Shown: piece after piece, positions 19,377-29,093 of the stretch
Numbering within the stretch: the first letter of the stretch is position 1
Layout of the letters: the number at the start of each line of letters is the position of its first letter
Assembly (NCBI GenBank): GCA_965199825.1
Contig: OZ241329.1
Span: forward strand, 1,408,001 to 1,472,000
DNA length: 64,000 bases
Reading direction: 5' to 3'
Origin: Bdellovibrionales bacterium
GTDB lineage: Bacteria; Bdellovibrionota; Bdellovibrionia; Bdellovibrionales; UBA1609
The notes under the pieces: model-generated
The model's database searches: none
The model's input: the letters and a program-made list of their open reading frames with translations, nothing else
What the model was told of the DNA's origin: nothing
Position numbers and translations under genes: made by a program

Positions 19377-22300
19377 CTACTCCTGATTCACACCCGCAAT
19401 TTTAGTAAGCTTCGACTTACTCCACACCCGGTAGCGATCGATATACGAAAATACCGCAGGCACAACAAGCAAAGTCAAAACTGTGGCCGAGACCAGCCCG
19501 CCGATGATTGCAATCCCCATAGATGTTTTTTGTTTAGCTGCTTGTGTGAGCCCAATCGCCACGGGCAAAGTCCCCGCAATCAGCGCAAACGAAGTCATTA
19601 AGATCGGCCTTAAGCGCGTGACACCCGCAGCAATAATCGCCTCGTTACGGGTAAGTCCGCGAGCGATCTCTTGCCGTGCAAAATCGACCAGTAAGATCGA
19701 ATTTTTGCCGGCCACACCAATCAGCAAAAAGATTCCTAAAATGGCAAAGATGCTGAATGTCTCATTAAACAAATAAAGACCTACAAATGCTCCCGAGAGA
19801 GCCAGCGGAAAGGCCACAAGAATCGTAATGGGTGTCACAAACGATCCGTAGAGACTGGCCAAGATCAGATAAATAAACAAAATTCCAAATCCAATTGCTG
19901 ACACAAAAGATTTTTGCAAATCTTGGAGATCTTCGGTTTGGCCGGCCACACTAAAGCGCATGCCTTCGGGCATCTTGTCGACCTCGGTCATAAATTTTGT
20001 ACTGCCATCAAGTACCGCTCCTAAACCCACGCCAGGTGCTAGATTTGCCGACACTCTCACATAGCGACCACGATTTTGACGGTTGATACTTGCGGCACCT
20101 AAGTTTTTGATTTCGTCGGCCACCGCATCCAACTTAATGAGTTTATTATTTACGTTGGGAATAAAAACTTGATGATAGTCACGATCCAGATTGCGTTGAT
20201 CGGGCTCAAGTCTCACGCGCACATCGTACTCTCTTCCTTCTTCGCGAAATTTCGCGGGCGTATAACCTTGAATCTGAGCCCTCAGCTCTTCGCCCATCGT
20301 TCTGGTATTGACTCCATATATTTTTGCAGCGCCCGGTTTTAATTTAAATTGCAACTCGGGCCGACCGGGGCGAGACGTGGAGTCCACATCTTTAAGCATC
20401 GGATTTTTCTTTAGGTACTCCACAAATTTTTGGGCATACGTATCGAGCTGGGCTTGATCGTTCGAAATCAAATCGATCAAAAAAGGCGACTCGGTATTTC
20501 CCGATGGATCATAATCCGACACAATCGGATTTGCGAAAGCATAGGGATGAAGGGCCGAGCGCACCTTTTCTTTAAATGCGGTGGTCGTTCCTAAACGCTC
20601 TTTGCCTTTTTTGAGTTCCACATAAAATTCGGCTTTGTTCGATTCGCCGTTGATATTGCCAACCGTTAAAGTGGTAAGAGCCACATTTTTGTAGCTTCGC
20701 AAAATTTCATCGATCTTTGCTCCGGTCTCATAGGTTCCATCAAGACTTGTGCCCGAGGGCAAATCCAATTTTACAACAACTTGACCATTGTCGCCGTCTG
20801 GTAAAAATCCAGCAGAGACCCGTGTGGCACTTGCAATACATAAAGCAAACGCCACCATCGTCATTCCCAAAACCGCGAGAGGATGAAGCACGGTGAATTC
20901 CAAAATCTTTCGGTATTTGTTTTCGAGCCAAGTTTGAAACATATCAAACTGCCTCACACCAATGGGCAGACGTTTTCTTTCACCAGTATGGTGAGGGGTT
21001 GCAAAATAAGCCGAGAGCATCGGAATCAAAGTGAGTGCGACCACAAAACTCACCATCATCGAAATCGCGATGGTCAAACCAAACTGTTTTAAAAACTGAC
21101 CGACCACTCCGCTCATAAATCCAACGGGCAAAAAGATCGAGACTACAACCAGCGTGATGGCTAAAACAGAAATCTGAATTTCTGCGGTTCCTTCATTCGC
21201 CGCAACAAAAGGTTTATCGCCAAGCTCAATGCGCCGAAAAATATTTTCGATAATCACAATGGCATCATCCACCAAGAGACCCACCGCCAGAGTCATCGCC
21301 AAAAGTGAAATCACATTGATCGAAAAGTTGAGCAGATACATAAAAATAAATGTGCCTACCAACGAAATCGGAAGCGAAATACTGGTAATCAAAGTGGCTT
21401 TGCCGCTACCAAGAAAAAAGTAAACCGTAACAATCGTGAGAAGGATGGCTAAAACAATTGTTTCGTAAACATCATCCACATTTTCTTCAATCTGAAGACT
21501 GGCATCGCGAACGATGGTGAGTGAGGCCTTACCAGGCTGCGCAGAAAGCTCTGGTTTTAATTTCTCCAAAACTTTTTTAACACCTTCGGTCACATTCAAA
21601 GTGTTCGATCCCGATTGGCGGTAGACATCCAAGAACAATGCTTTTTTACCATTCACAAAAGCCCGGCTCTGTTCATCTTCTAGAGTATCAAAAACTTTTC
21701 CAACGTCAGACACGCGAGTGGGAACTTCATTACCAAAAAGACTGACCAAAGTGTCTTTGATTTCTGAAACACTTTTAAATTCGCCAAGACTTCGAAACAC
21801 ACTTTCTACTCGGCCCACATTCACTTTTCCGCTCGGCACATTTTCACCAGAGGCACCCACACGTGCAGCAACCGCACTGACCGAGAGTTCACGATGTTTT
21901 AAGGCTTCACGATCAAGAGTCACATGCACTTCGCGTTTTCGTCCGCCAATGATATTGATCGAACCCACGTTGTTGACTTGTTCTAAGCGCGGTTTCAAAA
22001 ACTGATCGGCAATATCAAAAAGTTGTGCATCGCCCACTTTGTCTTCGGTGAAGAGTGAAATGGTCATCACCGGTGCATCCGAAGGATCTGTTTTTTTAAT
22101 CAAAGGCTCTTTGGCATCGGTGGGAAGTTTGACTTTCGCGATACTCACTTTGTCGCGCACCTGTTGCTCGGCATATTTAATATCTGTGCCGTTACGAAAT
22201 TCGGCAATCACGATGCTGGTGCCTTCAAGATTGCGCGAGGATAAGCGCTTCATTCCAGAAATGGCCGACACCTCATCTTCAATCGGTTTTGAAACCAAAG

Positions 22301-22481
22301 TTTCGATTTCGGCAGGCCCCGCTCCAGGATAAACTGTGGTGACCGAAACAATCGGCAGCGACACTTCGGGAAAAAGCTCAACACCTAAAAGTTTAAATGA
22401 GGCGATGCCCACCGCACAGACCGCGATCGCACAGCAAAGAATAAGAGTGGGTTGTTGAATTGATATTTTTGATAAATTCAT
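19377..22481 (-). CDS. RND efflux transporter permease (AcrB/AcrD/AcrF family)
   Basis: 1034 aa; GLLVDDAIVIIENI, KNSILLVDF, RLRPILMTS. Confidence 0.97.
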   Translation of the reverse strand: MNLSKISIQQPTLILCCAIAVCAVGIASFKLLGVELFPEVSLPIVSVTTVYPGAGPAEIETLVSKPIEDEVSAISGMKRLSSRNLEGTSIVIAEFRNGTDIKYAEQQVRDKVSIAKVKLPTDAKEPLIKKTDPSDAPVMTISLFTEDKVGDAQLFDIADQFLKPRLEQVNNVGSINIIGGRKREVHVTLDREALKHRELSVSAVAARVGASGENVPSGKVNVGRVESVFRSLGEFKSVSEIKDTLVSLFGNEVPTRVSDVGKVFDTLEDEQSRAFVNGKKALFLDVYRQSGSNTLNVTEGVKKVLEKLKPELSAQPGKASLTIVRDASLQIEENVDDVYETIVLAILLTIVTVYFFLGSGKATLITSISLPISLVGTFIFMYLLNFSINVISLLAMTLAVGLLVDDAIVIIENIFRRIELGDKPFVAANEGTAEIQISVLAITLVVVSIFLPVGFMSGVVGQFLKQFGLTIAISMMVSFVVALTLIPMLSAYFATPHHTGERKRLPIGVRQFDMFQTWLENKYRKILEFTVLHPLAVLGMTMVAFALCIASATRVSAGFLPDGDNGQVVVKLDLPSGTSLDGTYETGAKIDEILRSYKNVALTTLTVGNINGESNKAEFYVELKKGKERLGTTTAFKEKVRSALHPYAFANPIVSDYDPSGNTESPFLIDLISNDQAQLDTYAQKFVEYLKKNPMLKDVDSTSRPGRPELQFKLKPGAAKIYGVNTRTMGEELRAQIQGYTPAKFREEGREYDVRVRLEPDQRNLDRDYHQVFIPNVNNKLIKLDAVADEIKNLGAASINRQNRGRYVRVSANLAPGVGLGAVLDGSTKFMTEVDKMPEGMRFSVAGQTEDLQDLQKSFVSAIGFGILFIYLILASLYGSFVTPITILVAFPLALSGAFVGLYLFNETFSIFAILGIFLLIGVAGKNSILLVDFARQEIARGLTRNEAIIAAGVTRLRPILMTSFALIAGTLPVAIGLTQAAKQKTSMGIAIIGGLVSATVLTLLVVPAVFSYIDRYRVWSKSKLTKIAGVNQE

Positions 22482-23866
22482 TTTTGATACGCTTTCATTT
22501 GTGAGCGAAATGCCAGGACTTGGGCGGCATTGCGCACACGGCTCAGTTGGGCTGCTAAAAGATCCTGCTCAAAAAGTAAAACCTGATAGGTCGTGGTGCG
22601 ACCCTGTTTTAAACGATTTTTTTCGATCGCTAATTTTTTTGTCTGAATCACTTCGAGATCACTGGCCAACTTGAGGTTACTCTCAGTCTCACCAATTTTT
22701 CTGACAAGATCCGACCAATCCTTGTCTTGATTAAATAAAGCCCGTTGATATCCGGTAAGGGCTGCTTCTTCGCGAAGCCGCGCGCCATGAAGAGCATCGC
22801 CTTGAGCCGAGCGATCGAGCGGCATCGAAAAGCGCAACCCAACAATACTTGTGGGTCGCCCTGCTTTGGTGATGTTGTCTGTTGCCGAGTCGGCCGCATT
22901 ATCGCGACCATTGAGAGCATAAGTTCCATAAAGATCAAGAGTGGGTCGGTTGCGCTCCCCATTCACGCGCGCATCGGCGGCTTGTAAGCGCGACAACGCT
23001 TCGGCTGCCAAAACATCCAAACGACTTCCAGGACGAGTTGTTGGAACAGGAAGTTGAGCAACTGTATCGGCAACAATCGGATCAAGGGCATCTGGAACGC
23101 CACTCGAATTCTGAAATCTCAACGCATTAAAATCTTGGGCTGCAGACTTCACATCATTTTTTGATTGCTCCAGTTGCAGATTGCGCGCCTCAACCAGTGC
23201 TGAGGCTTGCACCACATCCGACTCTTCGCCCAAGTTCATTTCTGATTTATGAGAAACGTAATCCTTTACACCTTGTGCCGATTTTAAAGCCTGCATCTGC
23301 ACATCAACCGCTTGTTTTGCAGAGGCCAATTGCCAGTAGGCCACTTCGGCTTGAATAGTGAGTGCTAAACTTTGCGCACTACTTTTAAATCCATTCGATT
23401 CGGCCTGCGCTCGAATCAAATCTCTTTGTGCACGCACCGCGCGCCCAAACCCGTTTTGCAAAAGCGGCATCTTTAATTCAAGAACCGGCCGCGCATCCCA
23501 AAAATGAAGCGGAATATTCACACCCGGAATCGCCGCATTCACGTAATCGGTATGAGTCAGTTGATAAGATAATTTTGTTTGAAGACCGAATGCAAATTGC
23601 TCAGTCAACCCAAGCGAATATTTTTCGGATTTGTAGGCATCGTAATTCAGAAGTGGAGGATTGGGCAGCGCCTGATCTTTGCTGAGTTCAGCATTTAAAA
23701 AAAGCGAAGGCCTAAAGCTCAAATCAGCTTCACGTCCCTCAAGAGCCGAAGCTTCTTGTTGCTGCCTTGCCTCTTTGACATCAAGTCCCTGTGATTGAAC
23801 TTGGGCTAAATATTCGTTGAGAGTGAGACTGTTTGCGTTGAGCGCAAACAAAAATAAAAACATCAT
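22478..23866 (-). CDS. TolC-family outer membrane protein
   Basis: Signal peptide, two OEP-like repeats (VAYWQLASA; QGRTTTYQVL); ATGA overlap with the RND gene. Confidence 0.88.
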   Translation of the reverse strand: MMFLFLFALNANSLTLNEYLAQVQSQGLDVKEARQQQEASALEGREADLSFRPSLFLNAELSKDQALPNPPLLNYDAYKSEKYSLGLTEQFAFGLQTKLSYQLTHTDYVNAAIPGVNIPLHFWDARPVLELKMPLLQNGFGRAVRAQRDLIRAQAESNGFKSSAQSLALTIQAEVAYWQLASAKQAVDVQMQALKSAQGVKDYVSHKSEMNLGEESDVVQASALVEARNLQLEQSKNDVKSAAQDFNALRFQNSSGVPDALDPIVADTVAQLPVPTTRPGSRLDVLAAEALSRLQAADARVNGERNRPTLDLYGTYALNGRDNAADSATDNITKAGRPTSIVGLRFSMPLDRSAQGDALHGARLREEAALTGYQRALFNQDKDWSDLVRKIGETESNLKLASDLEVIQTKKLAIEKNRLKQGRTTTYQVLLFEQDLLAAQLSRVRNAAQVLAFRSQMKAYQK

Positions 23867-23916
23867 AGACTACACCACATTCTTGTTGAAGTGCGTATAG
23901 TCTATGTGAGGTCGAA

Positions 23917-24201
23917 CTAAAGTGTAAAGCAGGCCTTGCGAATATCGAATTCAATTTCTGTTGCTGTGGTGTTTAAATTGGGTTTGTTGAATGATGTCGC
24001 AAGGTAGTGAACCAATTCTTTATCGGCAAGATCATCGCATTGTTGTTTCATGCGGGACAAAGCATCATCCTGATCAAGCCCATGACCTCTCACGGTTGCA
24101 GTAATACTTTTTGCGCCGTAGATGCAAGTGGCCATGCATGTCGAAGGATTCGCATGCGCAAAAGATGTAACCAAAAAACCCAACATAATAAATGCGCGCA
24201 T
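23917..24201 (-). CDS. Small secreted Cys-containing protein
   Basis: Start MRAFIMLGFLVTSFAHA after a GGAG RBS; four Cys. Confidence 0.65.
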   Translation of the reverse strand: MRAFIMLGFLVTSFAHANPSTCMATCIYGAKSITATVRGHGLDQDDALSRMKQQCDDLADKELVHYLATSFNKPNLNTTATEIEFDIRKACFTL

Positions 24202-24289
24202 AAATTCTCCTTGGTGTGATGTTTGCGATCTCAGTGCCACACCTTTGCCTTCATAAATCGAAGCTAGCAGCTTGCGATGACAATTTTTG

Positions 24290-25114
24290 TCAATTTGATG
24301 TGCGATGATGGGCACGATGATGTCCCGCGCACAACAAAGTCAAATTGGCTTCGTTATCGGTCCCACCACATGCTTTTGGAACAATGTGATGAATATCAAG
24401 ATGGCGACGTTGCATGCAGCGCTCGCCGTTATGATCGAAATGCGTGCATTGGCTATTATGGACGTGATGCACTTTTCTTTTAAGAGTCACCGTCAGTTTT
24501 GTCGTGCCCGCTGTGTCTTTGCGAAAAGGTTTTTTAAGTAGATCCAATTTCTGATTGAGCTCATGGATGGCGGCAACATGTGTTTCGCCAATGTTCGCGG
24601 GACGTTTTAATTTTTGGCTCAAAAGATCTCTGGTTCTTTCAAACACTGCGTACTCCTCTTGAGTGACCGAGAATGAAATCGAAACCCTAAGGGTATCACC
24701 AGCTTTTTGATATCGTGCCCGCTCAGGAATCGCTTTTTCGGGCTGGACCTTTGCAATTTCTTTTTCAAGATTGCGTTTTGTGCCTTTGGCAAGATCCATC
24801 CAGTGGTGAACATTGTCTTTGGTAACCACCGATGTGATGCGATTCACTTTTGAAAGAGAAAGCTCTCCCGTTTGCATTCCCAATTTCAGTTCAGGCAGTT
24901 CAGTAAATTTCTTAGCTATTTTGTTCACGATACTTGCCATCTCTTCAGAAAGCTTAAGTTGCTTGGTGGAATATTCAAACAAAGAGTGACATCCAAACTG
25001 ATAATAAGTTTTATTTTTCCAGACAATTTCTAAGGCGTTAAGTAATTCCATTTCAGATTTTCTGTGAGCATCGGCTGCTTTGACTGCCTGAGCATGAATT
25101 TTTAAATGATTCAT
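24290..25114 (-). CDS. HNH endonuclease with helical N-terminal (DUF222-like) region
   Basis: C-terminal QCTH...RC...LDIHHIVPKACGGTDNEANLTLLCAGHH; N-terminal GCHSLFEYSTKQLKLSE, GELSLSKV; AGGAG RBS. Confidence 0.9.
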   Translation of the reverse strand: MNHLKIHAQAVKAADAHRKSEMELLNALEIVWKNKTYYQFGCHSLFEYSTKQLKLSEEMASIVNKIAKKFTELPELKLGMQTGELSLSKVNRITSVVTKDNVHHWMDLAKGTKRNLEKEIAKVQPEKAIPERARYQKAGDTLRVSISFSVTQEEYAVFERTRDLLSQKLKRPANIGETHVAAIHELNQKLDLLKKPFRKDTAGTTKLTVTLKRKVHHVHNSQCTHFDHNGERCMQRRHLDIHHIVPKACGGTDNEANLTLLCAGHHRAHHRTSN

Positions 25115-25135
25115 AAATATCTCCTGTTTAGGAAG

Positions 25136-25144
25136 AGTGTATCA
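25136..25144 (-). promoter_or_regulatory. Putative extended -10 element for the HNH gene
   Basis: TG-A-TACACT on the minus strand, about 21 nt upstream of the ATG. Confidence 0.4.
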
Positions 25145-25339
25145 TGGGTTTTTGAAGTTGAGATTTTGACTCTTGCCGGATAGATAATTGTTATCTGATT
25201 TCTGAATGGTTTTTTGGCTTACAACGCGTCTCAACTCATCGGCGCAGAAACAAAAACCCTTTACACTTTGGAAATGTGTCTGTGGCCAAAAAAGTTAATT
25301 AAAAAACTCGTCAACTTAATTATTGTTTATTTACTGATT

Positions 25340-25722
25340 GCGGGCACGAAGATACTTGGTGCGAGCGGGCACTACCACGACTTCATTTCTTCACAGATTG
25401 CGGGCACGACAATAGTAGCACTATTTCACTTTTCAGAAATTGCGTACACGACGAAAAAACCATCGCTACCCAAACAGCGGGCACGATATTATCAGACTCA
25501 CACCTGATCAAATAATTTATATTTATCTAAAACGAGTAAGATACCCCAAAGAGCAAGCGACACACCGTTTTCAAAGGATCGCTTAACAAAATAATTTAAG
25601 TTTAGATAATGAGATCAAAATCAATTATATTTGAATGCGGGCACGACACCTGCAAAACTTCACTCAACAAAATCCAAAGCAGGCACGACCATTCTGATAC
25701 TCGACAGCAAAGCGGGCACGAC
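25340..25722 (+). repeat. Array of eight 11-bp GCGGGCACGAC-like direct repeats with unique spacers
   Basis: Copies start at 25340, 25365, 25400, 25442, 25477, 25637, 25679 and 25712 (0-2 mismatches each). Confidence 0.92.
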
Positions 25723-25761
25723 ACCCCCAAGCAAGCCACATCCCAAACTAGCCCAACCCAC

Positions 25762-26394
25762 TCAACGCCCCACTCCACTCAAAATCAACTGACATCGCCT
25801 GAAAACCCCAACATTCGAATTCAGCTGATCCAAGAAAGACACAAATTGAGCAGAGCCCATCACGCCTTCTTGACGGATGCGTCTGCTCAGTCGAGCAATC
25901 GACACCGACCAATTCGCCCTGCCAATCAATTGCCCGAGATATTCAAAATTCGCAGGATCTTGATACAACAGCACAAGTGCACCCGCCCTTAGCTGTTCGA
26001 CTCGGGTCAAATCGCTAAAATATTTTTCAAAAAGATCATAATAAAATGAGGAATTTCTAAATCCTAAATTAAAAGCGGTGATAGCGATCGTAAAGCCCAT
26101 ACTCCCGCGCAATAAATATTCGGTAGTGGGACTATCGGTCGCAAAAAATTTTAAGCGTGAGGTTGCAAGCATTTCTTTATTTTGATCTGCCAAAGTTTTT
26201 GCCAAGGCCGAGAACTTTCGATACTTGCTTGAGGTATGTCGAATTCTTAAAATCAAAGGCGAAGTGGCGATCGATTGATAATGAACATCCATCAACTCTT
26301 CACGAGTGTGTGCATTCAGAACATCCGGAACTGTCAAAACTCTTGGGCCACCACTGTGAGCAAATAAACCAAAAAACAAAACCCCCCAAACCAT
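25762..26394 (-). CDS. Secreted hypothetical protein
   Basis: 210 aa, short signal peptide, translationally coupled to the upstream gene. Confidence 0.65.
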   Translation of the reverse strand: MVWGVLFFGLFAHSGGPRVLTVPDVLNAHTREELMDVHYQSIATSPLILRIRHTSSKYRKFSALAKTLADQNKEMLATSRLKFFATDSPTTEYLLRGSMGFTIAITAFNLGFRNSSFYYDLFEKYFSDLTRVEQLRAGALVLLYQDPANFEYLGQLIGRANWSVSIARLSRRIRQEGVMGSAQFVSFLDQLNSNVGVFRRCQLILSGVGR

Positions 26395-26999
26395 TACTCA
26401 AGATCCGAAGGGTCAACCGCAGGAGCAGCCGGAGCTGCCTTCGATGTGGGCGTGCGGTAGCGTTCGCGCCAAGGTGTATCGGGCGACTTAAAGGTCAGTG
26501 GGAAACTAATATTTGCCGAAAACATATTGAGGTTTGAGGTGAGGGCTCCACCGGTTTGATTCGTCCCGCTAAATTTTACGGTTTGATATTCGAAATTAAA
26601 CACAATCGATTCGGTAATAAAATATCCCACACCGCCGCGAAATCCAAAGGCCGACAAATTGGAATTCTGAATTTTCGCATTGTTTAAAAGATCTAAACTA
26701 AAAAAAACTCTTAAGGGAAAATAATCGGAATTGAAACCAACACCTAATCCACCGGTGTACATCGAAGAGGCTGTATCGTTTTGCAAAGCCAAGTAACTGA
26801 CTTTAAGATCCAACCCTACAAACACATAATCATAAAAGACGCCGGTTCGCGCACCCAGTGCGGGAGCGGTAAAGCTTTCGCTCTGATTGACCGTGGTGGA
26901 GCTCACATTTGCAGATCCCATTCCCAATCCAAAATTTGGCTCAAAGTAAATATCTGCAAAAGCGGGAGAACTTAAAAAAATCCAAAAAATATATTTCAC
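26394..26999 (-). CDS. Outer-membrane beta-barrel protein (about 8 strands)
   Basis: Signal peptide; alternating Gly/aromatic beta strands (GFRGGVGYFI, FNFEYQ). Confidence 0.75.
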   Translation of the reverse strand: MKYIFWIFLSSPAFADIYFEPNFGLGMGSANVSSTTVNQSESFTAPALGARTGVFYDYVFVGLDLKVSYLALQNDTASSMYTGGLGVGFNSDYFPLRVFFSLDLLNNAKIQNSNLSAFGFRGGVGYFITESIVFNFEYQTVKFSGTNQTGGALTSNLNMFSANISFPLTFKSPDTPWRERYRTPTSKAAPAAPAVDPSDLE

Positions 27000-29059
27000 G
27001 TTTTTTTCACCTCGCGATTATTAGACATTCCTTTTTGCTCGAGGAAAAGCAAAAACGCGATCTCCATCGCATCAAGTTCTAAGCTTTGGTACCGACCGGT
27101 CAGGCCGGAATGCCCGGCCGACATCTCGGTAAACATCAGTTGATGATTGGTATCGGTTTTAAGATCGCGCAGTTTGGCCAAATACTTTGCAGGCTCCCAG
27201 TACTGAACTTGCGAATCATGAAACCCTGTTGTGATCAGCAAGTGGGGATAAGCCTGGGATTTTAAATTGTCATAAGGCGAGTAAGATTTAATATACTTAT
27301 AATATTTAAGTTCATTGGGATTACCCCACTCTTCATATTCCATGGTGGTGAGTGGCAGCGACTCATCGAGCATCGTGGTTAAGGCATCAACAAAGGGCAC
27401 ACCCATCACAATGCCGTTATAGAGATGCGGCTTAAGATTGATGATTGCACCCATCAAGAGCCCTCCAGCACTTTTTCCAACCGCATAGGTGTGTTGAGGT
27501 GAAGACAATTTCTTTTTATGCAAAAATTCGGTGGCGGTAATAAAATCGTTGAATGTATTTTTCTTTTTTAAGAACTTTCCGTTTTCGTACCATGCTCGAC
27601 CCATCTCCGAGCCGCCGCGAATCCCAGCAATTGCATAAATAAACCCACGATCAATCAGGCTGACCATCTCTGAAAAAAAAGAAGGCGAATTGGTGATGCC
27701 ATAAGATCCATACCCTTCGAGTAACAAAGGTCGATTTTTAGCCGGTTTGCCCTTTTTATAAATCAGCGAGATCGGAATTTTTGCGCCGTCGCCCGCAACC
27801 GCAAAAAACCGTTTGGTTTCATAATTCTTTTTGTTAAAGCCGCCCAAAACTTCTTTTTGTTTAAGCAACTTCGACTTTTTAAGGCGCATATTGAATTCAT
27901 AAGTCGAGGGAGGCTGCCGTAACGAAGAATAAGAATAGCGCATCACCTCACTCTCATACTGATTGATCGAATGAAGCGAGGCCACAAAAGTCGGATCAGG
28001 AAACGGAATCATCGTGCTGGTTTTTTTGAGTCTCGACCAAATATGAATTTGGGGTAAACCATTTTTATGTTCTTGGAGCGCAATATAATCTTTGAACAGC
28101 TCAAACCCGTCCAGCAGTACGTCTTTGCGATGAGCAATCAAAGTCTTCCAGCTTTTGATTTCGGTTTTTTCTAACGGGCAGGTCATCACCTTATAATTTT
28201 TGGCTTTGTAGTTGGTATGAATAAAAAATGTACTGCCATCGCAATCAACCGAATACTCAAGCCGCAACTGACGCTTTTGAAAAATCTTAAATTTCCCCAC
28301 CGTTTGGTTTGCTAAAATGTAACGGGATTCCGATGAAGTCTTGCTGTCGCAACTAATAAATATAAACTTCTTTAATTTATCTTGATAAAGTCCAACATCG
28401 AACTTCTCATCTTTTTCTTCAAAAACCAGATGGTGTTTTTTGGGTTGATCCAACGTTGTGCGAAACACTTGGTGTGTTCTCAATGTTTCAGGATCTTGCT
28501 TACAAAAAAACAAGGTTTGATTGTCGGCAGCCCAAAGATGGGACTGGGTGATCATCGGAATGCGAGCGGGATGCATTTTATTTGTTTTTAAATTTTTAAT
28601 TCGCAATTCAAAAAAATTACGACCCACTTCGTCTACCGCATAAGACATCATCGAATGATCAGGACTGATTCGAATCGCCCCCACATTAAAATATTTTTTG
28701 CCGCGAGCTAAGGTGTTCACATCAAGAATAATTTGCTCTTTGGATTTCAGATGTCTGCGGCAGTAAATCGGGTAGTCGCGGTTTTTTTCAAAGCGAGCAT
28801 AATAAAAATAATCATCTTTTTGATCGGGCAGGGTTGTGTCGTCCGGCTTAATCCGCGACTTCATTTCATTAAAAAGTTTTTTACGCAAAGGCTTGGTTTG
28901 ATCTAAAACTTTTTTAAGATAGGCATTTTCTTTTTCAATATATCTAACGACTTCAGGATTTTCCCGTTGGTTGAGCCAGTAGTAATTGTCGATGCGAACA
29001 TCATTGTGTTTTTTTAAACGAACCGGTTTTTTATTTGCTTGTGGTGTCATAATGATCAC
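26996..29059 (-). CDS. ptrB: Oligopeptidase B (S9A peptidase)
   Basis: DNYYWL, GYGSYG, IRGGSEMGRAWYENGK, GKSAGG, DSQVQYWEPAK, AGHSG. Confidence 0.95.
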   Translation of the reverse strand: MIIMTPQANKKPVRLKKHNDVRIDNYYWLNQRENPEVVRYIEKENAYLKKVLDQTKPLRKKLFNEMKSRIKPDDTTLPDQKDDYFYYARFEKNRDYPIYCRRHLKSKEQIILDVNTLARGKKYFNVGAIRISPDHSMMSYAVDEVGRNFFELRIKNLKTNKMHPARIPMITQSHLWAADNQTLFFCKQDPETLRTHQVFRTTLDQPKKHHLVFEEKDEKFDVGLYQDKLKKFIFISCDSKTSSESRYILANQTVGKFKIFQKRQLRLEYSVDCDGSTFFIHTNYKAKNYKVMTCPLEKTEIKSWKTLIAHRKDVLLDGFELFKDYIALQEHKNGLPQIHIWSRLKKTSTMIPFPDPTFVASLHSINQYESEVMRYSYSSLRQPPSTYEFNMRLKKSKLLKQKEVLGGFNKKNYETKRFFAVAGDGAKIPISLIYKKGKPAKNRPLLLEGYGSYGITNSPSFFSEMVSLIDRGFIYAIAGIRGGSEMGRAWYENGKFLKKKNTFNDFITATEFLHKKKLSSPQHTYAVGKSAGGLLMGAIINLKPHLYNGIVMGVPFVDALTTMLDESLPLTTMEYEEWGNPNELKYYKYIKSYSPYDNLKSQAYPHLLITTGFHDSQVQYWEPAKYLAKLRDLKTDTNHQLMFTEMSAGHSGLTGRYQSLELDAMEIAFLLFLEQKGMSNNREVKKT

Positions 29060-29093
29060 GAGTCTACGAGCGAGTGATCAAAAATGCACCACT

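Noticed and set aside
16993..19399. CACCCGCAA occurring three times around the AAA+ and hypothetical genes
   Set aside because: A 9-mer, one copy inside the RND coding sequence, with no extended similarity.
25340..25722. Calling the 11-bp array a CRISPR array
   Set aside because: Repeats are only 11 bp, spacers range from 14 to 149 nt, and no cas genes are present; reported as a non-CRISPR array instead.
25214..25992. ORFs 25214-25507 and 25609-25992 across the repeat array
   Set aside because: No RBS or recognisable domain; the motif falls in differing frames; low-complexity products expected from A/C skew.
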